A stretch of 64,000 bases of DNA from Candidatus Marinacidobacterales bacterium (GCA_965219415.1 CBDCNP010000002.1:5280001-5344000), one strand, 5' to 3'; positions 32,131 to 44,666 are shown, counted from the first letter of the stretch. Notes: a model not told the origin generated them from the sequence alone. Made by a program: numbers and translations.

Positions 32131-33361
32131 TTACTGCCCGAAGGGTCTTAGCTTGAAGATGTCGCTGAAGGTCCACATGAAGCGCACCCTTTCGTTTCCG
32201 TATGCGAAATCGATGCGCATGACCACCGAGTTCTGCACCCGGACGCGAAAACCAATGCCGCCGCTATACCTCATGTCGCTGAAATCGACATCCGACCTCT
32301 CGTGCGCAACGGTGCCGGCGTCCGCAAAGAGGGCGACGTCGAGTGCGGAAAAGGCGTACCAGCGGTGCTCCACGTTCACAATGAGGTAATTGTTATCGTA
32401 GTATCGATAACGAGCGAAGCTCCGTAGATCGTCGTTGCCTCCGAGCTTGGGCTGTCCATAAAAGGGAACCAGCTGTCCCTCGTCGGCATAGGACAGCATC
32501 ACTTTCGCCCGGATCGCGAGGACCCGCGTCTTGTTGAAGTACGGAATGTACTGTTGGAACTCGAACTCGGGCTGCGAGAAGCTGAACTTGTCCAGGCCGC
32601 GATCGGAGTACTTGCGGAATCGAGCCGCGTAGAAACCTCCGCTCCTCGGCCCCCCAGGATGGTCCCGGTAGTCGTGTAAAACGAAGCCTGCGAAGTGCAT
32701 GTACCACGTGTTCTCACCCGAGGCCGGGAGGATTGAAGACCTCTTCGGTCGAGGGCGTGTTCCTTCCGGTTCCGGTGGCCACGTCTAGAAATCCTCCGTC
32801 AATGCCGAGCCGGAAGTTGTTGAACAGCTCATAAGCCGCGTTACCCGCGAAGGCGAGCGTATCGAACGAGTAGCTCGTGCGGTCGTCTTGACTCGAGTCG
32901 ATGCCCTCACCGTAGTAGTCCATTTGCGGCGAGCTCTCGAACTTCGAGTAGAGCGTTATATACCCTCTCTCGCTCCTGAGCTTCGGGAAATCGAGCTCCG
33001 CATCGAGCATCCACGCGTTTTGGAGGGTACCGCGGGCGGTGAACCGGTACGCGAGCCGATCGTTCCAGATGTCACGACGACGATAGCCTATTCCGAACGC
33101 CGCACCCTGGCCGGATCGCATCCCTCCCAACACGATCTGGAAACCGTTCGCCCCCTTGCCGTCTGAATCATCCAGGAGCCCTCGTTCCACGAAACCGTTG
33201 ACGATATCCACCATCGGAGACTTACGTTCCGGCCATAGCCGCGCGATTTTCTCGCGTCGTGCCAGGTCGATCTCCTCGGCACGCGTCTTCGCTTGCGCGT
33301 AAAGTGAAGCCGCACCTAGCGTTAACTGTAGCAGCACGACCCCAAAGATTGTGCGTTTCAT
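32131..33361 (-). CDS. Omp85 (BamA/TamA-like) outer-membrane barrel (frameshift near 32715)
   Basis: LGGNDDLRSF lid-loop motif, FADAGTV, GGIGFR, RIDFAYG; signal peptide. Confidence 0.85.
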
Positions 33362-33477
33362 CTATTTTAGGTCCCCATCTTGCCGGCGCGGCTCCTTTTT
33401 TTGTTAGCTTATTGAAAGTAAATCATTCCGAATCATACTGATACCATAAACAGCGCCGTTCATTCGATCGCCAACAT

Positions 33478-34310
33478 CTAGAAGACGAGCTCGACTAAAC
33501 CGCGCAAGTCGTAAACCGTCCCTTTCGTGGGCCGCACGACGTTCTTGAAAAGCTGCAGACCCAGATTCATCTGCAACGAGCCCCGTTGAAAGCGCCGCTG
33601 CGCCCCTCCCCCCAATGGGAGATACACCTTCTCGCCCGAGGGTTTGTTCCAATACACGGACACACCATAGGCATGTAGAGCAGATCCCATCTATCCGTGA
33701 GCTTGTACACGAAGAAGGGCTTGATCATCAGCATGTTGACGTCTTTGCGGGCCGAGTCTCCTGCGAACGACCAGACCTGAAGGGCAATGGCGCCCGCGAA
33801 GACCCTCCCGCTCTCGTATTCGTAGTCGAAGCTGGGACCGATCGACCACTTGCCGCTTCCCAGGGTGTCATCCGATGCCGTTGGAAGCTGCGCCGCTACG
33901 CCTGGGGCAAAATGGTGCTTTCCGTGGTGTGGGCTTTTCTTCGAAAACCAAAAGGCCGTGAGAAGATCGTTGATGCCGTTGGCGGCCTCCATTCCAGGCG
34001 TGGGATTTCCCGGCGGTTGGCCCGGAATCGCACGCGGGTAGGCGTTGACTTCGAAATAGCTGATGTTCTTGATTTCGAGGTTCCCCAAGCTCAAGTAACT
34101 CTCGAACTCGAGACCGAGGGTGTCGGCGTCGTCGCCTTCGTCTTTCAGAAAGCTACGAAACAGCCACGTTCGTTGCGAGCCCAGCCGAAACCCGTTGGAG
34201 CCCGACTCTCGTTCCTCGCTTTCGGCCTCCTGAGCCCAGGCAGCGGGATCGACGCTCGATAGCACGAGCGCAACGAGCGCAATCATTGATGCTTTTTGCC
34301 ATGTGCACTG
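33478..34310 (-). CDS. Transporter/neuromedin-U-like outer-membrane barrel (frameshift near 33670)
   Basis: GINDL, QLPTASDDTLGSGKWSIGP, QVWSFAGD, C-terminal Phe. Confidence 0.75.
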
Positions 34311-34417
34311 CACGTCGTTCAGCTCCTCAGAAAGCGAAGTTGTAGCCGGTCGATCTCTCGGCTCGTGTCCCTCGCCCGCCGACAAAAGGCAGGCGAGGGC
34401 CCGAGCTCTTCGTCAAA

Positions 34418-35993
34418 TCAATTGTTCGGCCTCGCAATAGTCTCCAACTCCTGCAATCGCTTCATCGCATCCATCGTCTTTAGGGTCTGGTAGTTGATCC
34501 CCGCGGCGTTCAGGCTGCTGCCCTCTTGGAACGGATAGTCTGGAATCGTCACCAAGAACTCCTTAATCACTTGCTGCACCGGTACGAAGATCTACATGTT
34601 GTCGGCGTACCACCGCAAGTAACCCATGTCGCCTTCGAACATCGCCTGCTCGTACGGATCGGCGCGTAGGTTCACGATGGCCGGCCAGCCGGTCACCTCG
34701 CGGACGGCAGTGGCGATGTTGCCCTTCTGCATCGCGAAATGGATCTTCCAGTTCTCGAAACGGACCGCGTTCAGCTCGCCACCCTGGCTGAAGTAGATGA
34801 TCGATTTACGGGGTCCTTTGTTCACCTCACCCTTGAAGAACGGTAGGAAATTGTATCCGTCGAGGTGCACTCGGAAGTTCTTATCGCCGACCTGATGGCC
34901 CTCTTTCAGCTTTTCCTTGACGTTCGGCGCACCCGCCGCCGCTAGAAGCGTCGGCATCCAGTCTTCCTGCGACATGATGTCGTTGTAGACGGTTCCTGGT
35001 TTGATCGTACCCGGCCAGCGCACCACCGCGGGAACGCGAAAACCACCCTCCCAGGTCGTCCCCCTTCTCACCGTGGAACGGTGTCGTTCCGCCATCCGGC
35101 CAACTGAAGGTTTCGGCACCGTTGTCGGTGCTGTAGATGACGATGGTGTTATCGGCGATGTCGAGATCATCAAGCTTCTTGAGCGCCCGGCCGACCATGT
35201 CGTCGTGCTCCACCATACCGTCCGGATAAAGTCCGATCCCAGTGCGGCCCACCGACGATTCTCTGAGTCGAGTCCACACGTGCATGCGGGTCGCGTTATA
35301 CCAAACGAAGAATGGCTTCCCCTGCTCGTGTGCCCGGTCGATGAAATCCATTGCCGCACCATGGAACTCCTCGTCTACCGTTTCCATCCGTTCGCGGGTG
35401 AGCGGGCCGGTATCCTCGATACGCCCGTCGGCGTAGGCATGGATCACGCCACGGGGACCGAACTTCTTCCGAAACTCCGGATCCCTAGGGTAGTAGTAGG
35501 TCTCCGGCTCTTCCTCGGCGTTCAAGTGATAGAGGTTGCCGAAGAACTCATCGAAACCGTGCGCGGTCGGCAATTGGCTGTCGCGATCGCCGAGATGGTT
35601 CTTGCCGAACTGTCCGCTGGTGTAGCCCTGCGGTTTAAGCAGTTCGGCGATGGTCGGGGCCCAGTCTGGCATACCGTGGGGTGAGCCCGGCATGCCAATG
35701 GTGAGGAGACCGGTCCGGAAAGGATGCTCGCCCAGGATGAAAGAAGCCCGGCCGGCGGTGCAGCTTTGCTGAGCGTAGAAGTCGGTGAACAATGCACCTT
35801 CCTTGGCGATGCGATCGATGTTGGGCGTCTGGTATCCCATGACGCCGAGGTTGTAGGCGTTGATGTTGGACCAGCCGATGTCGTCCCCCCAGATGACGAG
35901 GATGTTGGGTTTGTCCTGGGCGAAGACGGGCGTCGCTACGAAACTCGCGAGAACCATCAACGTAAGACCAAGAACATATTGCTTGTCTTTCAT
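34418..35993 (-). pseudogene. Arylsulfatase (Cys/FGly type); frameshift near 35060 and TAG at 34592
   Basis: WGDDIG, SCTAGRA (CxxxR), GKNHLGD, TDNG, NLRADPYE motifs. Confidence 0.9.
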
Positions 35994-36104
35994 GGAAACT
36001 CCTTTCGAAATCGAGTTATTCGTAAACACGCTATCCAGTTACAACGAAAACGAAGTGGCTGATGTTGTTCATGGTGCGTTACCTCCTTGTACAGAAACTT
36101 GCAA

Positions 36105-36965
36105 CTACATAGGCATCGTGTAGCTGACATTGAAGCGGTAAGAGTTCTTGACCGCGGGTCCCGGATAGCTCTCGTAGATCAAGCTCGTCTGGTATTCCCC
36201 GTAGATGTTCCAGCTCCCCTTCTCTTTGACGATGACCTTGCCGAAACGAACGCCGATCGGAAAGTAGAACTTGTTGGAGTCCCAGTCGTAGAGAGCGACC
36301 ATGTCCCCGTTTCCGATGTACCACCCGCCTCCGAGCTGGAAGTTCAGGATGGTAGCAATTCCGAGAGGATTGGTATCCGACTTGCCCGGCGGAAGCGCTG
36401 TGGGGTCGATACCCCGCCACGTCTGGGTGAAGAGCAAGCCGTAGTACCAGGGACCGCTGCTGTTGACCGCCGCCGCGGCGAACCCGTGGCCCCACTCGTC
36501 ACGGGCGACATCCTTATTGCCTGGCAAGGTGACGAGCGGGCCGATACCCGTCCGTCCCGAACCCCAGTCGAAAGCGCTGGGAATGATGAGCGCGAAAATC
36601 TCGGTATTGCCGAGGCCCGACTGCCCTTGAGCGTTCTCGTAGTGGCGCAGCGTCAGCCGGGGAAGGATCGTGAAATCCTTGAGAGGTACCGGCGCCATGA
36701 TGCGCGCCTGGATGTAGTCCGTCGAGCCAACGGGCCGCGTCTCACCGTTGTCCAAAGTGTCCTGGTGGTAATCGGGCATCACCTGGTAGGCGAACTGAAA
36801 GCTCCACTGCGTCGCCGTAGAGTCGAGGGCCTTACTCAGCGCGCTCTCTAGATCTTCCGAGCCGCCATCCGCCGACTGGCTCTCCTGGGCGATGCCGGGC
36901 GTGATCATCACAATGACCAGCAGGCTGGATACAGCTAGCGCGATGAGTTGTCGCTTGCCATTCAT
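36105..36965 (-). CDS. Transporter/neuromedin-U-like outer-membrane barrel
   Basis: Signal peptide; SGLGN, GIGP..TLP, FPIGVRFGKV; alternating beta strands. Confidence 0.7.
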   Translation of the reverse strand: MNGKRQLIALAVSSLLVIVMITPGIAQESQSADGGSEDLESALSKALDSTATQWSFQFAYQVMPDYHQDTLDNGETRPVGSTDYIQARIMAPVPLKDFTILPRLTLRHYENAQGQSGLGNTEIFALIIPSAFDWGSGRTGIGPLVTLPGNKDVARDEWGHGFAAAAVNSSGPWYYGLLFTQTWRGIDPTALPPGKSDTNPLGIATILNFQLGGGWYIGNGDMVALYDWDSNKFYFPIGVRFGKVIVKEKGSWNIYGEYQTSLIYESYPGPAVKNSYRFNVSYTMPM

Positions 36966-37006
36966 GGCTCCGATTTCCTCCTGTTTCCTTTTACAAACAT
37001 TTTTCT

Positions 37007-37922
37007 CTATAGGCCCCATGTGTACTGATAGGCCACGAGGACCGAGTTGAAGTCGGCTCCAACGCGCGTCGTCACGCCACTCGCGAATGCGAGCTTCAAC
37101 GTGTTGCGGGGCGCCACCGGAAACGAAAATGTAAGCCCGAGCCGGGTGTTCTTTTGGAAATTGTTGCGGAGCACGCCGTCAATTTTCCGTCTCTCCCCCA
37201 TAGGCGAGGCCGAAATTGAAGGACAGCCAAACGCGAGGTCTCAGAATGCGGACGACGTGACCCTTGACGAACAGGATCGGGTTTTGTTTCACGTTTCTAC
37301 CGCCGAAGAAGTCGTCGTTCTCGGTGAAGAACCACACGCCGTTCGCCGCTTCGAAATACCACTTTTCGAACTTCCGCGAGACCGCGACTTCCGGAAGTAA
37401 GGACCAACGGTTGGTCCCGAGATTGATGAGCCGTTCAGCGTCGTATTGTCCGAGAGGTACGGCCACCTGTAGGCTGGCACCGACGATAGTCCCTTGTTTG
37501 AACTTCGCGAAGTCCGCCGCCTCCATCGCCGGCGAGCCCACGAAATTCACCGCGAAACGAATCCGTGGGTCAGCGAAGCCGGAGACGTCGCGCGTGCGAA
37601 ATACACCCGCGTCGAAACCTTCCCAATGCCCCGTGGAGATAGGCGTCAGGACATCGACTTTGGCAAGGCGCCCTGCCAGGTTGAAGGTCCTCAGGTAGGC
37701 AAGGAGCATGACGTGGAGATCCGCCTCCACGTCCTCGATGGGAAGCGCGACGTGTCGAACAAGACGTTTCCCTGCGAGAAACCGTAGGCGAGGGCGAAAG
37801 CGTTCAGCCCTACCGGGGCGTTTCTGTACAGACGTGGTTCGAGCTCCTGGGCAAATGGCGCGGAAGTCGGAATCATCATTGCCATTCCCAGTACTTCCAA
37901 GAGGTCGCAGTGCGCTTCGCAC
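37007..37922 (-). CDS. Transporter (MetA-pathway-like) outer-membrane barrel (frameshifted)
   Basis: AQELEPRLYRNAPVG, SGFADPR, PLGQYD..LINLGTNRW, YQYTW. Confidence 0.8.
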
Positions 37923-37926
37923 GAAA

Positions 37927-38292
37927 TCAATGCTCCCACTCCGTCGAGCTCCCCGATGCGGGATCCGAGGGGCACTCGACGAACCGCACCTCTTCGAGCT
38001 GGCCCAGCACCTGAGCGGCTCCTTTGATGGCGTGGTACGTCTGGGAGCCCAGGAATTGGCTCAGCGCCTCTCGGCTGTGCCAATCGCCCATCCAGCAAAT
38101 GAGGCTGTCGTCGCTCAGATCCTGCAGGATCAATCGGCGAAACGGCTTCAACGGTGCCTCCGCGACGAAGGAGCTGAGGGCCTGGATCACCTCCTGACGT
38201 TTGTTGGACGGTACTCGCACCATCAGCCTCAGTGTCCATAGCGATTCGCTCAATTCGTCTTTCCCGTCAGGCTCGAACTTGGTCCCAGCCAC
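37927..38292 (-). CDS. Antibiotic-biosynthesis-monooxygenase-like small protein
   Basis: Ferredoxin-like alpha/beta pattern (W.SREAL..FL.S..Y); first gene after the sigma-54 promoter. Confidence 0.6.
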   Translation of the reverse strand: MAGTKFEPDGKDELSESLWTLRLMVRVPSNKRQEVIQALSSFVAEAPLKPFRRLILQDLSDDSLICWMGDWHSREALSQFLGSQTYHAIKGAAQVLGQLEEVRFVECPSDPASGSSTEWEH

Positions 38293-38305
38293 CCCTGGGC
38301 CTATC

Positions 38306-38320
38306 GCACAATCCCTGCCA
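38306..38320 (-). promoter_or_regulatory. Sigma-54 -24/-12 promoter
   Basis: TGGCAGGGATTGTGC (GG-N10-GC) on the minus strand. Confidence 0.7.
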
Positions 38321-38419
38321 GCTCCGGACTCCTGGCCGATGTTTCTCCAATTGATTGATGTGGAACGGGTTAACGGTTTGATCTAGGCGAGCGACCCAAG
38401 CGAGGCGAACCGTCCTAAT

Positions 38420-38454
38420 CCACGGTATGTTGTGGGGGCCACGAAATGTTGTGG
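38420..38454. promoter_or_regulatory. Tandem upstream activator sites
   Basis: CCACGGTATGTTGTGG and CCACGAAATGTTGTGG, two CCAC-N8-GTGG palindromes 100-135 bp upstream of the promoter. Confidence 0.7.
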
Positions 38455-39756
38455 GGAAGGTAGCCGACCGCTAAGCCGGCTTAGGCGGTCGTTCGATCCT
38501 GAGTTTTCGCATCCGGAAGCGCAATGTGTTGGGATGAAGCCCAAGAAGCTCGGCCGCTCCTTTCTGGCCTTCGATGCGCCAGCCGCTGATCTCCAATACA
38601 CTACTGATGTACTCTCGCTCGACCCTTTCGAGACTCCCCCGGTACGTGGCAGCGGTGGCACCGTCTTCGGCAGCAACGGCACTCGGCGTTAGCCGCTCGG
38701 CCAGATGAAGCGTGTTGTCACGCGTCGTGATGACCGCGCGCTCGATGACGTTTTCCAGCTCCCTCACGTTGCCGGGCCAGTCATAGCGCATGAGCTCGTC
38801 CATCACCGGCTGGGGGATTTGATCGATCTGCTTACCCTGCGTGCGGGCGAATCGCCGAACGAACGCGTTCACGAGCGGCGGGATATCATCCGTTCGCTGA
38901 CGCAGAGTCGGGACGGTAATCGGATAGACGTGCAGGCGATAAAAGAGATCTTCACGGAAGCGACCCGCATCGACTTCCTCCTTCAAGTTACGATTGGTGG
39001 CCGCCAGCACGCGGACGTCCACCTTGATGGTCGCTTCGCCCCCGACTCGCTCGAGCTCACCTTCCTCTAGGACTCTCAAGAGCTTGCCTTGAAGATCGAG
39101 CGGCAGTTCCCCGATCTCGTCGAGAAAGAGCGTGCCACCGCTGGCCAGCTCGAAACGTCCCTTGCGCAACCTCATCGCTCCGGTAAAGGCTCCGCGCTCG
39201 GGCCCGAAGAGCTCCGCCTCGATCAGATTTGCGGGAAGGGCGGCACAGTTGACCTTGACCAGCGGACGCTGGCGGAGGGCCGTGTTCGTGAATCGCTCTT
39301 GCCACGAGCTCCTTACCCACACCGGTCTCACCCTCGATCAATACGGTGGTGTCCAGTGGTGCCACTTCTTCGATTTTCTGGAGCACATACTGGCTCCCTT
39401 CGCTCTCTCCCACGATGGTGTCGAAGTGTCCAATGGTCGTTATCTCGTTCTTAAGGTAGATAACTTCTTCTTCCAATCTCCGCTTCAGGGCCTCGACTTC
39501 GGTGAGCGCTTTCTGCACGTCGTTCAACGCCCGGTCCCTGGCCGCTTCGGCTCTGCGGCGCTCCGTGACGTCCGCCCCGATGCTCAACGTGCCGGTGATC
39601 TCACCGCTTGGCGCTCTAAGAAGCACACTTCTCCAGATGACCAGACGCTCATCGCCACCCTTGGTGATCAGCGATGCTTCCTGGAGGCGTCGCACCCGGC
39701 CCTCGAGAGCCTCTTCGAAAGCGAGCCGCAGCTCTTTCTCCCGGGCCGGTAATAAC

Positions 39757-41216
39757 GGGGATGTCCCGGCCGCTGTTGAATTTGGTCGGGTAGCGGCGGC
39801 ACCTGTGAATACTCTTAGGCAGCAAACTCATCGCTGTCAAGAGATTTCTGTTTGCTTCTAAGCGCGTGAACGAGAGCGCCCATATGGCGATAGCCTTTGA
39901 TACGCCGGAACTTTTTCTGCGCGGTGACGACGCCAAGAGCGGTCCATCGGCGAACCATGGAAGGACTCTTCCAACGCTTGAGGTTTCTCGATACTCTGCG
40001 AATGGTTCCGTTGAGATTCTCAATGGCGTTCGTCGTGGCAAGAGACTGGCGAAGTAAGGCGGGCAGCGCGAGCTTCACGACCGTGAGTGTCTCTTCCATC
40101 CCTTCACGAAGGCTTCCGGCAGCTTCGTCGTAGCCGTTTCGCTCGAGCCACGACACCAATGCCTGAAGTCGCTTGCGCGCCTTGTCGGCACTCTTGCACT
40201 TGTAGGCTTCCTTCATCGTCTGGAGTACGTAGGCGTGACGAGACTTGGGAAGGTACGAGCGAAGATTCCGGAGTTTATGGATCTGGCACCTTTGGATGAC
40301 CGCGAGGTCCCCCAAAACGTCGACGAGTGCCTTGCGGATGCCTTTGCCTCCGTCCACTACGCAGAGAATCGACTCATCGACGCGCAAGCCCCGCTCGAGA
40401 AGGTCCTGCAACATCGCGGTGCACACCCGAGAGTTCTCCGTCGAGCCCAGCCATATACCCAGGGGCACCTTCGTTCCATCTATTGTGATACCTAGAGTTA
40501 CGACGACGGTCTGTCCGGCCACCTCAAGGCCATCCAGCATCAGTGCCGCAAGCTCGAACTCCTCTAGCCGCCGAGACAGGTATTCCTCGAGCTTCTTAGT
40601 CGTCTGGCTCACGAGGTGACGGCTGGCGGCACTCTTACTCGTGCCACGAGACTTCAACTTGGCCGCGGGTTTGTTCAGACTCGATTCGTAATTTCGGGTC
40701 GATACCCCCACCAAGATCTGATTCAACACTCGCTCTGGAAGCGGGTCTTCTTCGCGGAAGGCTTCGAAGTGTGGAAGCGACGCCTCCTCGCCCGACTTCG
40801 AGCGAACTCGAGGTCGCGACACTTGGATGCGACGACCACCGAAGCTCAGCTCTCCGTTCGTGCTCCCCCAGTGGTTATGAGTTCGCTCCTTCTCGTGCTT
40901 GCCCTTGAGCCCCGCGATCTCCTCGGCGTCCTCTCTGAGCAGTAGGTGCAGAGCTGTCAGTCCTTGCTCGTACACCCATTCCGTCAGTTCCGCCTTCGTG
41001 GCCGCGATCCCAGCTATCATCGGTAGCAGTATCTGACCGACTTGGCCAACTACCTTGCCCGTAGGCGAGTGCGTTTGCTTTCTTACTGGCTTCTTTGATT
41101 TCCTAGGCATTGGTGGCTCCTTGTCCCCCTCTGGAGACGGTTGTTTGGCAGACCTATTCTTAGGCCGGCCAAGGAGCCGCCGCTACCCCAAATTCAACAT
41201 CCGGCGGGACATCCCC
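39757..41216 (-). mobile_element. IS256-family element
   Basis: IRs GGGGATGTCCCG...TGTTGAATTTGG / CCAAATTCAACA...CGGGACATCCCC; 8-bp target duplication GTAATAAC. Confidence 0.95.
39815..41110 (-). CDS. IS256-family transposase
   Basis: [27 protein letters not shown] motifs. Confidence 0.95.
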   Translation of the reverse strand: MPRKSKKPVRKQTHSPTGKVVGQVGQILLPMIAGIAATKAELTEWVYEQGLTALHLLLREDAEEIAGLKGKHEKERTHNHWGSTNGELSFGGRRIQVSRPRVRSKSGEEASLPHFEAFREEDPLPERVLNQILVGVSTRNYESSLNKPAAKLKSRGTSKSAASRHLVSQTTKKLEEYLSRRLEEFELAALMLDGLEVAGQTVVVTLGITIDGTKVPLGIWLGSTENSRVCTAMLQDLLERGLRVDESILCVVDGGKGIRKALVDVLGDLAVIQRCQIHKLRNLRSYLPKSRHAYVLQTMKEAYKCKSADKARKRLQALVSWLERNGYDEAAGSLREGMEETLTVVKLALPALLRQSLATTNAIENLNGTIRRVSRNLKRWKSPSMVRRWTALGVVTAQKKFRRIKGYRHMGALVHALRSKQKSLDSDEFAA

Positions 41217-43282
41217 GTAATAACTCCCCGATCGGCTTACCGATGAGCTCTTCAGCCGAAAATCCGCTAACGTCTGTGAAGAACGGGTTGACGTAATCGA
41301 TTCGCCCCTCGCGGTTCACGCCCGCGACCAGCATCTCCACGTTTTCGAGGAGCGAACCCCAACGACGTTCGTTGGCCTTCACCTCCGCCAGCCACCAGCG
41401 TCGATGCTCGTGCCACGTCGCCTGCCAACTGGTAACTCATGGCCAAGGCGACCGCGAGATAGCCGAATGTATAGAGATACGGGATCTCTACTAACCCCAA
41501 GTCGACTACGATGCCGGTCACCAGCAACAAAACAAGGTAAAGGAGAAGGAGAAGGCTCCCGCCTAAAAACCAAGCGCTCCGGTGCTCCCTTCGACGCGAA
41601 AGCCGCAGCGTGCCATCTACCGTGAGTGCGATGACGCCGACGAACGCGATATCCGTAAGAACTCTCCGCAGGCTGGTCGTTCCCACCGCGGTTACGAAGG
41701 ACTCACCCCAGGGAAGGACCACCTCTCGCAAACCCGTCATCTCTTGGTAGAGGAAACCGTACGGTAAGAGGGCATTAGCCACCGCGGCGAAGAGGAAGAC
41801 GGCGACCAAGCTCAGAGCTGGCCGGCGCCGGGCAGGCCAACCCCCGGTATAGACCACGATGAATCCAATCAGCGCCATGAGCCAAATGGTATTGAAACCG
41901 TTGGACCATCTGAAGGCCGCATTGAAGGTTTCTACCGTCGTGGCCTGGTAGAAAAACGCCTCGGCGACGGCGTTTGCCGCGGCGCCAAACGCGGTGAAGG
42001 TAAACAGGAGGTGTACCTTGGGTCCAGGCTGTCGCGCGTAGATGAAGCCCGTGGGACAAGCCAACGGTCACCAGGGCGGCCGCGGCGACGAACTGAGCGA
42101 TGATGAGTGGACCCATTGATGTCAGCCAATCACAGAACGTACCGTGTTCTCAAATCCCCCCTCATGAATACTTGACGAGGAGTCTTTTTACACTTTCCGC
42201 CCGGTCGGTGGTACCCGGAAAAATACGGGTTTTCAGTCGAGACCTCCGATGAGGCCGCCAAGGCGTTGAAAATAATAAAGTTAGAGGAGGAAATGTCGGT
42301 CCCGCTTGTTGCGTCAATGATCCGCAGGCCAAAAGGGAGACTTGCACTCATGCCCTTGGACACCTTATAGAGCGACTATGCTGCAGACCCGATTTCTCCC
42401 AAGCCTAGGCCTCCTCGTTTCGTTAGCCACCACAGGAAGCGCTTTTGCTCAGTCAACAAAAGAGCCGCAGACTTTCCTGAAGACGCACGCCGGTTTTTCC
42501 GAGGAAGATCTCCGAGCGATCGAGCAAGGGAGCGTGATCGTGAAAACGGTCCGCACCCCCTCGAAGGAAGAAGTCACCATCGTGGGGGCCGCTCTTTTCA
42601 AAGCTTCCACCGCATTCTTCCTAAGGATGTACCGGGATATCGAGCGCTTCGAAAGCGGGTTGGGGCCCTTGAAGAAGTTGAGCGATCCGCCCCAAGCAGA
42701 AGATTTCGCGCCCTTGACCTTGCCCGACAAAGATTTGAAGGACTTGGCCAAATGTCGCGTCGGCGATTGTGATCTCAAACTCGGAGAGGAGTCTATCGCG
42801 CGTTTTCAGACGGAGGTGAACTGGTCGAGCCCGCAGGCGCACCAGCAAGCGATGGCTCTGGTTCGCGAGCTCGGGTTGCGGTTCGCCCGCGCCTACAGCG
42901 AGGGGGGCAATCAGGCGTTGGGAGTCGACCGCGACAAGAAAAAACCGACCTTTATTCAGGAAGAATTCGAGGGACTACTCGAAAACTCACCGTACGTTCT
43001 GAACTACATCCCGGAGCTTCACGAGTATCTCCTCGAATACCCCAAGGCGGAGCTTACGGGATCCACCGACGACTTTCTTTATTGGGCTCTCAACGATTTC
43101 GGATTGGAACCGGTACTGAGGCTCAGCCATGTAACTATCTACCAGCCCGAGTCAGGGGACAATGCCTCGGCCGTAATTTCCTCGAAGCAGCTATATTTCA
43201 GCCGGTACTTCCACACTGGGCTCGATCTCCGCTTCCTCGTCCAGAACGACGACGATCCGAGCGACGAAAGCTTCTATTTAGT

Positions 43283-44666
43283 GGATCTACGCGGATTCGT
43301 GTGGGTTGAAAACTGCATTTCTGGGTAATGGCGGAAGGAAAGCCGCCACGATCTTCAGCTTGAGATATTCCTCGTCGCGATAGCCGTAGGCGCGTCGTTG
43401 CAGAACACGGATTTTGTTGTTGACCCCTTCAACTAGGCCGAGACTGACTTTGTTCTCCGGATGACAGTAGGAGGCGATACCGTCCCAATGGGACTCAATC
43501 ATACCGGCGAACTTCTGGTACGGATGCAGGCGTTGCCATTTGAGGCTGTCTTTCCAACGAGTGAAAAAGGCGCGAGCGCCGCGTTCGGTGCGGTAACCCC
43601 AGAGTTGCCCGAAGGCCTCCTTCAAAATATAGGCGGTGTTCAGGCGCCGGTTGGCCTGGAGCAACTTTTTGAGTGCGCGGCGACCGTCTAGGCTCAGGTT
43701 CTCCCGCCGGGAAAGCAAAGTGTAACGCTGCCCCTTGATGTACGACCGGTCCTTGCCGCTGAGGCGTTTGTACTCACCGCGCCGGACCTCATCGAGGGCC
43801 TTTGACAGATGACGCATGATATGAAACTTGTCGAAGATGATCCGCGCATTAGGCGCGTTGTGAATCACCGAGTTCCGGAAGGGCTTCCACATATCCATGG
43901 CGGCCAGCTTGATACGGGCGCTTTTCTTTCCGCCCGGCGCCTTGAAGAACAAATCGATGTCGGTTTCTTTGCGACCCTCACCGCCCACCCAGATGGGACG
44001 CGCCCGCTCCAGGTCGCTGACAATGACGCGATAGTTATGTCCCTTGCGGATGGAGATCTCATCGACACCGATGGCCCGAGGCGCCGGTAGCCCCGCCCGG
44101 TCGACCTGCTCTTGCATGTAGAGCGTATCCAGAGCCTTCACCGTACCGTGGTGCAGACGTTCCATCTCGGCCACCGCCTTGTTCGGCATATCCCGGCACA
44201 GCTTGCCCACATGCGTCGCAAAACGCTGGGTGTAGCGCGAGTTGTTCGCCAGCCAGTCTAGGTGTTCTACATGCACACCGCCGCACCCAGAACAGTTGAC
44301 GCGCCAACGCTCGTATTCCAGATAGATCCGCCAGCCTGCCAACGACAGGTCGCGGACCCGGCACACTTGCTTGTCATAGCGCCCCCGGCACCGTTGCCCA
44401 CAGTAAGAGCACACAGCTGTTTTTTTCGCCTCTTGAGCTGGATGACGCGGGCGTATCGGTCACCGAATAGACCCTTCAATCCGGCACCAACCACGAAACC
44501 TGGCAGCGCAAACAGCGAGCGGATCGACTGGGAATTTTTCACTCGGTTAGCCTATCCTAAAAATGGACCACTTTTCAGCACCTGATGAAGTACTCGATAC
44601 CTTTTCCACACAATGAGTTACACTGTTTTTCCGTCAGAACTTACCCACACGAATCCGCGTAAACCC
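43283..44666 (-). mobile_element. ISL3-family element
   Basis: IRs GGATCTACGCGGATTCGTGTGGGT / ACCCACACGAATCCGCGTAAACCC; AT-rich duplication TATTTAGT / TATTTAAGT. Confidence 0.92.
43287..44542 (-). CDS. ISL3 transposase, likely -1 programmed frameshift at A7C (44419-44426)
   Basis: Zn finger CSYCG...CSGCG, GVDE, MDMW, FDKFH, EGVNNKI; short upstream ORF ends RRKK at the slippery site. Confidence 0.9.

Larger units (their letters stand above)
38471..42116 (-). pseudogene. Membrane-bound PAS + sigma-54 AAA+ + Fis-HTH activator, interrupted by IS256 and frameshifted
   Basis: About 7 TM N-terminus, PAS (YVNPFF..SGF), [32 protein letters not shown]. Confidence 0.9.

Noticed and set aside
32714-32716. 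TGA in the Omp85 gene as selenocysteine
   Set aside because: The downstream coding sequence is in a different frame; one extra G explains it
34592-34594. In-frame TAG in the arylsulfatase as pyrrolysine readthrough
   Set aside because: The context fits a TGG(Trp)-to-TAG change in an already frameshifted gene; no pyl genes seen
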